Position numbers and translations under genes: made by a program. A model generated the notes under the pieces. The model ran no database searches and had not been told where the DNA came from. It saw nothing but the letters and a program-made list of their open reading frames with translations. From contig JAIYBO010000006.1 in assembly GCA_027488495.1 (NCBI GenBank), forward strand, positions 1-47,216: a stretch of 47,216 bases of DNA, given 5' to 3'. Source of the stretch: Bacteroidota bacterium (GTDB lineage: Bacteria; Bacteroidota; Bacteroidia; NS11-12g; UBA955). Below are positions 9,317-17,215 of the stretch, piece by piece. Numbering within the stretch: the stretch's first letter is position 1; every line of letters starts with the position of its first letter.

Positions 9317-9691
9317 ATGGAAAAAGAAAAGACCCGTTACAACGACGATGAGCTCCAAGAGTTCAAGGAAATCATTTTGAAAAAAATGGAAATCGCCAAA
9401 GACGAATTCAAAACCATCCAAACCAACCTTAAAAACACTGAAGGTGGTGGCGAAGGCACCAACAACAATTACCTCACCTTAGACGACGGTGCAGATACTT
9501 TTGAGAAAGAAAATCTCAACCAATTGGCCGCCCACCAACTCAAATTTATCAAAAATTTAGAAGCCGCATTGGTGCGCATCGAAAACAAAACCTATGGCGT
9601 CTGCAAAACCTCAGGCAAACTGATTCCAAAAGAACGATTGCGTGCAGTACCCCATACCACACAAACCATCGAGGCCAAACTGAAGCGCTAA
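9317..9691 (+). CDS. DksA/TraR-family protein with a degenerate zinc finger
   Basis: Coiled-coil N-terminal part, then ALVRIENKTYGVCKTSGKLIPKERLRAVPHTTQTIEAK, which follows the DksA C-terminal layout but keeps only one Cys. It lies 3 nt after ileS and 7 nt before lspA. Confidence 0.7.
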   Translation: MEKEKTRYNDDELQEFKEIILKKMEIAKDEFKTIQTNLKNTEGGGEGTNNNYLTLDDGADTFEKENLNQLAAHQLKFIKNLEAALVRIENKTYGVCKTSGKLIPKERLRAVPHTTQTIEAKLKR

Positions 9692-9698
9692 ACCTTCA

Positions 9699-10349
9699 AT
9701 GTCGAACGACCATTCTTTGCTCAACAACCGGAAATTCCTCTTTCCGATAGTCACCATATTGCTATTATTGATCATCGATCAGTGGATTAAAACCTACATC
9801 AAAGGGCATTTTATGCTCGGCGAAATCAAACCCGTCTTCGGCGATTGGTTTAAACTTTACTTCATCGAAAACGATGGCATGGCCTATGGCATGAAACTCT
9901 TTGGCGGCGGAAAAGTAGGCAAACTCGTCCTCACGTTTTTCCGACTCATCGTCTCTGGCTTCGGCTTTTGGTACCTCATCAAATGCATTCGCAACGATGC
10001 CAATTGGGGTTTGCTCATTTGCATCGCCCTGGTACTCGCTGGCGCATTGGGCAATATCATCGATTCCGTTTTCTACGGAGTGCTTTACGCCGATACCAAT
10101 CACTACATCGGCAGCTGGTTCGAAGGGCAAGTGGTTGATATGTTCTATGCACCCATGTGGGAAGGACATCTCCCGGAGTGGTTACCCGTCTGGGGTGGTC
10201 AATTTTTTGTGTTCTTTTCTCCCATCTGGAATTTCGCCGATGCCTGCATCACCGTAGGCGTGGCAATCATGGTGATCGGTCAAAATACATTCTTCTCCAA
10301 AGAAGAGGTAGAAAAAGCCTTTCAAAGCCCCACGGATTCTCCCCAATAA
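9699..10349 (+). CDS. lspA: Lipoprotein signal peptidase II
   Basis: FIENDGMAYGM, GNIIDSVFYG, VVDMF and WNFADACITVG blocks with four hydrophobic segments, in the classical ileS-lspA linkage. Confidence 0.9.
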   Translation: MSNDHSLLNNRKFLFPIVTILLLLIIDQWIKTYIKGHFMLGEIKPVFGDWFKLYFIENDGMAYGMKLFGGGKVGKLVLTFFRLIVSGFGFWYLIKCIRNDANWGLLICIALVLAGALGNIIDSVFYGVLYADTNHYIGSWFEGQVVDMFYAPMWEGHLPEWLPVWGGQFFVFFSPIWNFADACITVGVAIMVIGQNTFFSKEEVEKAFQSPTDSPQ

Positions 10350-10365
10350 TATCGCGAATTTTGGC

Positions 10366-10373
10366 TAATTTTG
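10366..10373 (+). promoter_or_regulatory. Bacteroidota -7 box (TAATTTTG)
   Basis: Exact TAnnTTTG match, with 13 nt between the motif and the lysS ATG at 10387. Confidence 0.4.
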
Positions 10374-10386
10374 CAAGCCAAATCGC

Positions 10387-11910
10387 ATGGAAACTACCCT
10401 AAACGAACAACAACTCCTTCGTCGTCAATCGCTCGAACAACTCAGAGCCCTTGGCATCGATCCCTATCCCGCAGCCCTTTTCCCAGTGAACTGCCTCGCA
10501 GCAGACATTCGCGCCCAATACAACGAGTCTGCTGAGGATAACAAATGGAAGGAAGTAGTGCTCGCCGGTAGATTGATGACCCGCCGCATCATGGGCAAAG
10601 CCGCCTTCGCCGATTTGCAAGATTCCAGTGGAAGAATGCAGATCTACGTGAACCGCGACGAAATCTGTCCAGACGAAAACAAAGACCTCTACAACACCGT
10701 TTTCAAAAAACTCCTCGATATTGGCGATATCATTGGTGTAAAAGGCCACGTATTTACCACACAAACCGGTGAATTGTCTGTACACGTCACCGAGCTACAA
10801 TTGCTTTCTAAATGTCTCAACCCATTGCCCTTGCCAAAACAAGACGCTGAAGGCAATATTTTCGATGCATTCACCGATCCCGAGGCACGCTACCGCATGC
10901 GCTACGTAGACTTGGTTGTGAATCCGCACTTCAAAGAAACATTCATCAAACGCACCAAGGTGATCCAAAGCCTCCGCAATACCTTCAATAGCAAAGGATA
11001 TTTGGAAGTGGAAACACCCATCCTGCAAACCATACACGGTGGAGCTGCGGCCCGCCCCTTCATGACGCACCACAACGCATTGGACATTCCCTTGTACTTG
11101 CGCATCGCCAATGAATTATACCTAAAACGTCTCATCGTTGGTGGTTTCGATGGCGTCTATGAATTTGCCAAAAATTTCCGCAACGAAGGCATAGACCGTA
11201 CACACAACCCAGAATTTACGGCCCTCGAAATCTATGTGGCCTACAAAGATTATTATTGGATGATGGACTTCGTAGAAGAAATGCTCGAAACTTGTGCCAT
11301 CGACGTAACAGGCAGCGCATCGGTAACCCTCGGAGAACACCAAATCTCTTTCGCCAAACCCTACGCACGCCTCACCATGGCCGAAGCCATTAAAAAATAT
11401 GGCAACATCGATATCGAAGGAAAATCAGAAGCTGAATTGGGCGCTGAAGCCAAAAAATTGGGCTGTGAAGTCACTGCACAAATGGGCGTAGCCAAACTCA
11501 TCGATGAAATCTTCGGTGCCTGCGCGGAAAAACACCTCATCCAACCCACCTTCATCACCGATTACCCAGTGGAAATGAGTCCCCTCACCAAGAAACACCG
11601 CTCCAAACCAGGCTTGGTAGAGCGTTTCGAACTCTTCGTCAATGGCAAAGAAATCGCCAACGCCTATACAGAACTCAATGACCCCATCGACCAAAGAGAA
11701 CGCTTCGAAGACCAACTTGCTTTGGCAGCTCGCGGCGATGATGAAGCCATGGCCTATGATCACGATTTCGTGAGATCTCTGGAATACGCCATGCCACCCA
11801 CTTCAGGCCTCGGTGTAGGAATCGATCGCCTTACCATGATGCTTACCAACCAACAAAGCATCCAAGAAGTGCTGTTCTTCCCGCAAATGCGTCCAGAAAA
11901 GTTCGACTAA
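10387..11910 (+). CDS. lysS: Lysine--tRNA ligase, class II
   Basis: OB-fold N-terminal part (VVLAGRLMTRRIMGKAAFADLQDSSGRMQIY) and class II motifs (FRNEGIDRTHNPEFTALE, GLGVGIDRLTMMLT). Confidence 0.95.
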   Translation: METTLNEQQLLRRQSLEQLRALGIDPYPAALFPVNCLAADIRAQYNESAEDNKWKEVVLAGRLMTRRIMGKAAFADLQDSSGRMQIYVNRDEICPDENKDLYNTVFKKLLDIGDIIGVKGHVFTTQTGELSVHVTELQLLSKCLNPLPLPKQDAEGNIFDAFTDPEARYRMRYVDLVVNPHFKETFIKRTKVIQSLRNTFNSKGYLEVETPILQTIHGGAAARPFMTHHNALDIPLYLRIANELYLKRLIVGGFDGVYEFAKNFRNEGIDRTHNPEFTALEIYVAYKDYYWMMDFVEEMLETCAIDVTGSASVTLGEHQISFAKPYARLTMAEAIKKYGNIDIEGKSEAELGAEAKKLGCEVTAQMGVAKLIDEIFGACAEKHLIQPTFITDYPVEMSPLTKKHRSKPGLVERFELFVNGKEIANAYTELNDPIDQRERFEDQLALAARGDDEAMAYDHDFVRSLEYAMPPTSGLGVGIDRLTMMLTNQQSIQEVLFFPQMRPEKFD

Positions 11911-12161
11911 TGTTTGAAATCGGCGACGATGAAAAAAAGGTGCTTCTGTGTTTAATCCACGCAGAAACACCCATGACCGTGGTGGAGGATACAGGCCTTC
12001 AAGTCAATGTAACCATCGATATTATCCGTCAGTTGCATCACTATCGTTACATCAAAGCCATCGACAAAAACAACCAAGTGTTGGGTTCGTTCGATATCGA
12101 CAAAATTCGGAAAACCAAATTCCAGCTCACGGCAAAAGGTTTTAACGAAATCAACGGTTAG
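11910..12161 (+). CDS. Small hypothetical protein (83 aa), possibly winged-helix
   Basis: Its ATG overlaps the lysS stop (TAATG). The helix-turn-helix-like stretch EKKVLLCLIHAETPMTVVEDTGLQVNVTIDIIRQLHHYRYIKAI is followed by a wing-like KFQLTAKG. The fold is inferred only. Confidence 0.45.
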   Translation: MFEIGDDEKKVLLCLIHAETPMTVVEDTGLQVNVTIDIIRQLHHYRYIKAIDKNNQVLGSFDIDKIRKTKFQLTAKGFNEING

Positions 12162-12291
12162 AGCAAACCATTTCCCCGCCCCGGTGTTTGTTTACTGATT
12201 GTTATCATTCGGTAGAGTTGTCCACCTCACTTGGGGATTCTGTACCGATTCGTTATATTCGCAGTAGCCAAAATCCGTTTATTAAATACCC

Positions 12292-13584
12292 ATGTCTGAA
12301 ACAGTAAAACTCATCGTAGAAGGTCAAGAGTACGAATTCCCAGTCATCACTGGAACTGAAGGTGAAAAAGCCATCGATATCAGCAAGTTAAGAGATCTTA
12401 CAGGTCACATCACCCTCGATATTGGGTTCAAAAATACGGGTTCTACCAAAAGTGCTATCACGTTTTTGGATGGTGAAGAAGGCATCTTGCATCACCGCGG
12501 CTACTCCATCGAAGACCTTGCCGAACACGCTTCCTTCCTTGAAGTTTCATACTTGTTGCTCTATGGAAAATTACCCAATGCCACAGAATATGCAGAATTT
12601 GAAAGCGCCATCCGTGAGCATACCCTAGCCAATGAAGGCCTAGAAGCAATGTTCAAAGCGTTCCCAACCGGGTCTCACCCAATGGGTCAGCTTTCTAGTA
12701 TGGTGGCAGCCCTAGGCTTATACTACCCCAAAGCCCTAAACCCACATCGCTCAGAAGAAGCCATCAACAGAACCATCATCCGTTTGATGGCGAAAATGCC
12801 TACAATCTGTGCGATGATCTACAAAAAACGCAACGGTCATCCAACAGTTTATCCCAAAAACAGCTTAGACTATGTGGCCAATTACCTCAACATGACCTTT
12901 GGTCAGGTAACCATGCCCGAATATGAGCCAGACCCAGTGTTGGTGAGTGCAATGAATAAATTGCTCATCCTTCACGCCGATCACGAACAAAACTGTAGCG
13001 CAAGCACAGTGCGTGTAGTAGGTAGTTCACAATCAAACTTGTATAGCAGCATCTCTGCAGGTATCTCCGCACTTTGGGGTCCTCTGCACGGTGGTGCCAA
13101 CCAAGAAGTATTGGAAATGCTTGAGCAAATCCAAAACGATGGTGGCGATGTACAAAAATGGATCAACAAAGCCAAAGACAAGAACGATCCTTTCCGCTTG
13201 ATGGGCTTCGGTCACCGCGTATACAAAAACTTCGACCCCCGCGCAAAAATCATCAAAAAGGCTTGCGACGATGTATTGGCCAAGTTGGGTGTCAATGACC
13301 CTGTATTGGAAATTGCGAAGCAACTTGAAGAAGCAGCCCTCACCGATCCTTACTTCGTTGAGCGTAAATTGTTCCCAAACGTGGATTTCTACTCAGGAAT
13401 CATCTATCGCGCAATGGGCTTCCCTACAGATTTCTTTACCGTACTCTTCTCCATGGGCCGCCTTCCAGGTTGGATCAGCCAATGGCAAGAAATGCGCAAA
13501 GAAAAACAACCCATCGCTCGTCCTCGCCAAATATATACAGGCGAAACGCCCCGTGCCTACGTGCACATGAAAGACCGCGCTTAA
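12292..13584 (+). CDS. gltA: Citrate synthase
   Basis: LILHADHEQNCSASTVR and GFGHRVYKNFDPRA signature blocks, 430 aa. Confidence 0.95.
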   Translation: MSETVKLIVEGQEYEFPVITGTEGEKAIDISKLRDLTGHITLDIGFKNTGSTKSAITFLDGEEGILHHRGYSIEDLAEHASFLEVSYLLLYGKLPNATEYAEFESAIREHTLANEGLEAMFKAFPTGSHPMGQLSSMVAALGLYYPKALNPHRSEEAINRTIIRLMAKMPTICAMIYKKRNGHPTVYPKNSLDYVANYLNMTFGQVTMPEYEPDPVLVSAMNKLLILHADHEQNCSASTVRVVGSSQSNLYSSISAGISALWGPLHGGANQEVLEMLEQIQNDGGDVQKWINKAKDKNDPFRLMGFGHRVYKNFDPRAKIIKKACDDVLAKLGVNDPVLEIAKQLEEAALTDPYFVERKLFPNVDFYSGIIYRAMGFPTDFFTVLFSMGRLPGWISQWQEMRKEKQPIARPRQIYTGETPRAYVHMKDRA

Positions 13585-13640
13585 TACCTTATCCCTCTTT
13601 CAAAGTGTGGATTCACACCCAGAAAACTAACATACATTCA

Positions 13641-13680
13641 AACAAGAAAGACATCCATTGGATGTCTTTCTTGTTTTGTA
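13641..13680 (+). terminator. Rho-independent terminator
   Basis: 15-bp perfect stem aacaagaaagacatc (13641-13655) / gatgtctttcttgtt (13661-13675), plus a closing c-g pair around a 3-nt loop, followed by ttgta. It lies 57 nt after the gltA stop. Confidence 0.75.
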
Positions 13681-13803
13681 AAACACCAATCTATCAAACC
13701 TTAAAGGCAATCAGAATTTCCCTAAACCAAATAGGACGAGGAGATTCTCACAAACTCATTGCTTTCATCGACAAATTGCGCCTTCATTTGTTACTCATAG
13801 AAG

Positions 13804-13811
13804 TACCTTTG
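13804..13811 (+). promoter_or_regulatory. Bacteroidota -7 box (TACCTTTG)
   Basis: Exact TAnnTTTG match with only 8 nt between the motif and the ATG at 13820. Confidence 0.4.
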
Positions 13812-13819
13812 TAAAACCA

Positions 13820-16231
13820 ATGCAACGCATCATTTCCTTCTTATTCTTCATCATCACCATCGGATTACTCAGCGCCCAAAATGTTACCATCTCAGGATAC
13901 ATCAAAGACAGCACCACAAGAGAAACCATCGGCAAAGCCCAAATCGTTGTTACACCCGTAAAGACAACCACAATCCCTAGCGATACCAAAGTCAGTCCCG
14001 ATTTTCGGGCCTCCACCAACGGCTACGGTTTTTACAGCATTACCATCCCCCAAGGCAAGTATACCATCCAAATCATCGCCCCGTCTTATCCCCCCTTCGC
14101 ACAAACCATCACCGCCAAAGCCAATGAAGAAATCAACTTCTTGCTCATTCCCGAAGTAGAGGGCGTAGGCACAGTCATTATCCGATCCAAACGCAACAAC
14201 AACGTTAAATCGCTCGATATCTCCACCCAAAGCATCAACGGTCAAACCATCAAAAAAATCCCCGCATTCCTCGGCGAGGCAGACGTGATCAAAAGCATAC
14301 AACTTCTTCCCGGCGTGACCACGGTGGGCGAAGGTGCCTCCGGATTCAACGTTCGTGGTGGATCCATCGATCAAAACTTGGTACTGATGGATGAAGCACC
14401 CGTCTTCAATTCGGCACACCTCTTTGGTTTCTTCTCGATCTTTAACCCCGATGCAGTAAAAGATGTAGAACTCGTGAAAGGTGGCATTCCCGCCAATTAT
14501 GGGGGTCGACTGAGCTCCACACTCGATGTGAAATCCCGCGACGGAAACAAAAGGGCTTTCCAAGCCAACGGCGGTATCGGAACCATTTTTTCCCGCCTTA
14601 CCCTTGAAGGTCCATTGGCAAAACCCGAATCCAAAAAACTGCTTAAACCCCGCAGCACCCCAGCAAAATCAAGCTTCATGATCTCCGGCCGAAGGTCCTA
14701 TATCGATGTATTGGCAAAACCCTTTCTTCCAGATAACCTCGCCGGTAGCCAATTCTATTTCTACGACCTCACCGCCAAAGCCAATTACAGTTATAAAAGA
14801 GACAACATTTTCATCTCTACCTATATAGGCGATGACGTGTTCAAGGCCGCTGGACTGTTTGGCGTAAAATGGGGCAACTCCACTGTGACCACCCGTTGGA
14901 ATCACGTGTTCAACAAAAGATTGTTCTCAAACTTCACCTACTACTACTCTCGATACCGTTATAACCTAGAGTTCACCAATCGCGATGTTACCTTCAATTG
15001 GAAAAGCAACATCGTAAACAATAGCGCAAAAGTTGACTTCAACTACTTCTACAATCCAAAAAATACCATTGCCTTCGGTGCCCAATCTACCCACTACCGA
15101 TTCATCCCCGGTGAAGCCGTAGCAAAATCTGCTACCCTAAACCTAAAGTTTGGATTGCCAGATAGATATGCACTTGAAAATGCTATTTACATCTCCAATG
15201 ATTGGAACGCCAACGGCAAATTCTCCATAAGAGCAGGCATCCGAGTGAGTCAGTTTATGTATATGGGCCCAGGAAAAGTGTATTTGTTCAACAGAGAACC
15301 TGGCAAACAAGGCATACTAGATAGTATGTATTCTACCGAAAAAGGTCAAATTGTTGCCAATTACATCAATCCCGAACCCCGCCTGGGTTTCAAATACCAA
15401 CTCAACAACAACAGCTCAATCAAAGGGGGTTACAACAGAATGGTTCAAAACCTCCACCTCATTTCAAATACAGCCGCATCAGTGCCATTCGACGTTTGGC
15501 AGCCCACAACCAACAACATCAAACCGGAAATTGCCGACCAAATTGCCCTGGGTTATTTCAAGAATTTCAACGGAAAACACGAATTCGAAACCAGCATCGA
15601 AGGATATTACAAAACCCTCCAAAACCAAGTGGATTACATTGATGGTGCAAGCCTACTTCTAAATGAGTTACTTGAAGCCGATTTGTTGACTGGAATAGGC
15701 AGAGCCTACGGAATTGAAGCCTACGTAAAGAAATCATCCGGCAACTTAACAGGTTGGGTAAGCTATACACTCTCTCGCTCCGAACGACAAGTGGTCGGTA
15801 TCAACGATGGAAATTGGTACGCCAACCGATTCGATCGCCTCCACAATTTGTATGTGGTTTCTCAATACAAACTCAATAACAAATGGGAGTTTGCGGCCAA
15901 CTTCGTATTCAGTACAGGTACACCCGCCACCTTCTACACCGGTCAATATACCGTGCAAGGGTACGTTGTACCCGATGCAGGATCCAATGCAAGAAACAAT
16001 GTAAGGAACCCAGATTACCATCGCCTCGACCTCAGTGTTACATATACCCGAAAGAAAACCAAGAAGTTCGAAAGCAACTGGGTGATCTCCTGCTACAACG
16101 TATACAACAGACGCAACCCTTTCAGTATCTACTTCGCCACCAACTTCCAAAACAAAGGTCAAAACGAAGCCATCAGATACAGCGTAATCGGCGCGGCCAT
16201 TCCTTCCATCTCTTACAATTTTAAATTCTAA
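13820..16231 (+). CDS. TonB-dependent receptor with an N-terminal carboxypeptidase-regulatory-like domain
   Basis: Signal peptide, then NVTISGYIKDSTTRETIGKAQIVV (CarboxypepD_reg-like). Plug block FLGEADVIKSIQLLPGVTTVGEGASGFNVRGGSIDQNLVLMDEAPVFN. The barrel ends IPSISYNFKF. Confidence 0.85.
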   Translation: MQRIISFLFFIITIGLLSAQNVTISGYIKDSTTRETIGKAQIVVTPVKTTTIPSDTKVSPDFRASTNGYGFYSITIPQGKYTIQIIAPSYPPFAQTITAKANEEINFLLIPEVEGVGTVIIRSKRNNNVKSLDISTQSINGQTIKKIPAFLGEADVIKSIQLLPGVTTVGEGASGFNVRGGSIDQNLVLMDEAPVFNSAHLFGFFSIFNPDAVKDVELVKGGIPANYGGRLSSTLDVKSRDGNKRAFQANGGIGTIFSRLTLEGPLAKPESKKLLKPRSTPAKSSFMISGRRSYIDVLAKPFLPDNLAGSQFYFYDLTAKANYSYKRDNIFISTYIGDDVFKAAGLFGVKWGNSTVTTRWNHVFNKRLFSNFTYYYSRYRYNLEFTNRDVTFNWKSNIVNNSAKVDFNYFYNPKNTIAFGAQSTHYRFIPGEAVAKSATLNLKFGLPDRYALENAIYISNDWNANGKFSIRAGIRVSQFMYMGPGKVYLFNREPGKQGILDSMYSTEKGQIVANYINPEPRLGFKYQLNNNSSIKGGYNRMVQNLHLISNTAASVPFDVWQPTTNNIKPEIADQIALGYFKNFNGKHEFETSIEGYYKTLQNQVDYIDGASLLLNELLEADLLTGIGRAYGIEAYVKKSSGNLTGWVSYTLSRSERQVVGINDGNWYANRFDRLHNLYVVSQYKLNNKWEFAANFVFSTGTPATFYTGQYTVQGYVVPDAGSNARNNVRNPDYHRLDLSVTYTRKKTKKFESNWVISCYNVYNRRNPFSIYFATNFQNKGQNEAIRYSVIGAAIPSISYNFKF

Positions 16232-16237
16232 TCCCCC

Positions 16238-17152
16238 ATGAAATTCCTTTTCAATCAAATACAGCGCAATAGCTTCATCATCCTACTTTCAGGACTTGCC
16301 ACCTTTTTGGCCGGTTGCGAAGACGTAATCCAAGTAGATGTTGTGAACAAATCACCCAAAATCGTGGTAGACGCATTTGTCAATAATACCCTCGATACCC
16401 AAACCATCAAACTCACGCGCAGCATCGGCTATTTCGATTCCACTGGCTCCGAACCCGCCATTACCCAAGCGCAAGTGGCCGTAGTAGACCAATCCACGTC
16501 ATTCCCAAAACTTTTCGTCTTCAATCATACTGCCAACGGCAAATACCAATTCCTACCCAACCCCGTTACCGGTGATACGTTTTCCATCGGACATGATTAC
16601 GCGCTGCTGGTAGTCATTGGATCAGATACCTTGGTCAGCTTTTCCACCCTGAACCCCACAACCACCATCGACTCATTGCGATTGGTAGATGTAGAAGGAA
16701 ATGGCCCGCCAATCAATACCACCGGTAAATATGTAGAACTTATGGCCAAAGACCGAAAAGGCCCCGGCGATTTCTATTGGGTAAAAACCTTTAGAAACGA
16801 TTCCTTCCTCAACAACATCAGCCAATTGAACATTTCCGCAGATATGGGAAATACCTCCAGAGGTCAAGATGGTGATTTGTTCATTTACCCGGTGCGATAC
16901 AATGGCGTAAACGATTTTTCTCGCTCATTCAAATCGGGAGAAACCGTGAGAATTGAAATCCACTCCATCAATGCAATTGCCTTCGCATGGTTCAATTTGG
17001 TGGTAAGCGAAAACCAAAATGGGGGTCTGTTTGCCACACCGCCCGCCAACATTTTCACCAACGTAGTATCGTTCAACCCCAACAAAAAAACAGCCATTGG
17101 TGGATTTTTCTGTATGAGCGCCGTCACCGCTGCCTCTGTTACCATTCCCTAA
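16238..17152 (+). CDS. DUF4249-like lipoprotein (partner of the upstream receptor)
   Basis: Lipobox TFLAGC and the N-terminal KIVVDAFVNNTLDTQTIKLTRS block. The C-terminal GGLFATPPANIFTNV...AIGGFFCMSAV resembles the DUF4249 C-terminus. It lies 6 nt after the receptor stop. Confidence 0.6.
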   Translation: MKFLFNQIQRNSFIILLSGLATFLAGCEDVIQVDVVNKSPKIVVDAFVNNTLDTQTIKLTRSIGYFDSTGSEPAITQAQVAVVDQSTSFPKLFVFNHTANGKYQFLPNPVTGDTFSIGHDYALLVVIGSDTLVSFSTLNPTTTIDSLRLVDVEGNGPPINTTGKYVELMAKDRKGPGDFYWVKTFRNDSFLNNISQLNISADMGNTSRGQDGDLFIYPVRYNGVNDFSRSFKSGETVRIEIHSINAIAFAWFNLVVSENQNGGLFATPPANIFTNVVSFNPNKKTAIGGFFCMSAVTAASVTIP

Positions 17153-17215
17153 ATAATTGCTCCGTAAACCACAACCCCTCAACTGGTTATACGATTTTGA
17201 GCAAGGGGGCAACCC

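Noticed and set aside
13662-13814. A 50-codon ORF (MSFLFCKTPIYQ...) filling the otherwise unexplained roughly 125-nt spacer between the gltA terminator and the receptor promoter. I also looked there for a Fur-box-like palindrome.
   Set aside because: The ORF begins inside the terminator's descending arm, runs through the putative -7 box and has no recognisable features. I found no convincing inverted repeat. The spacer's role remains unexplained.
17175-17209. A possible bidirectional terminator between the DUF4249-like gene and uvrB (cccctcaa ... ttgag caa ggggg).
   Set aside because: The stem is interrupted by a 3-nt bulge, is only 5+3 to 4 bp and lacks flanking T/A tracts. It is too weak to call.
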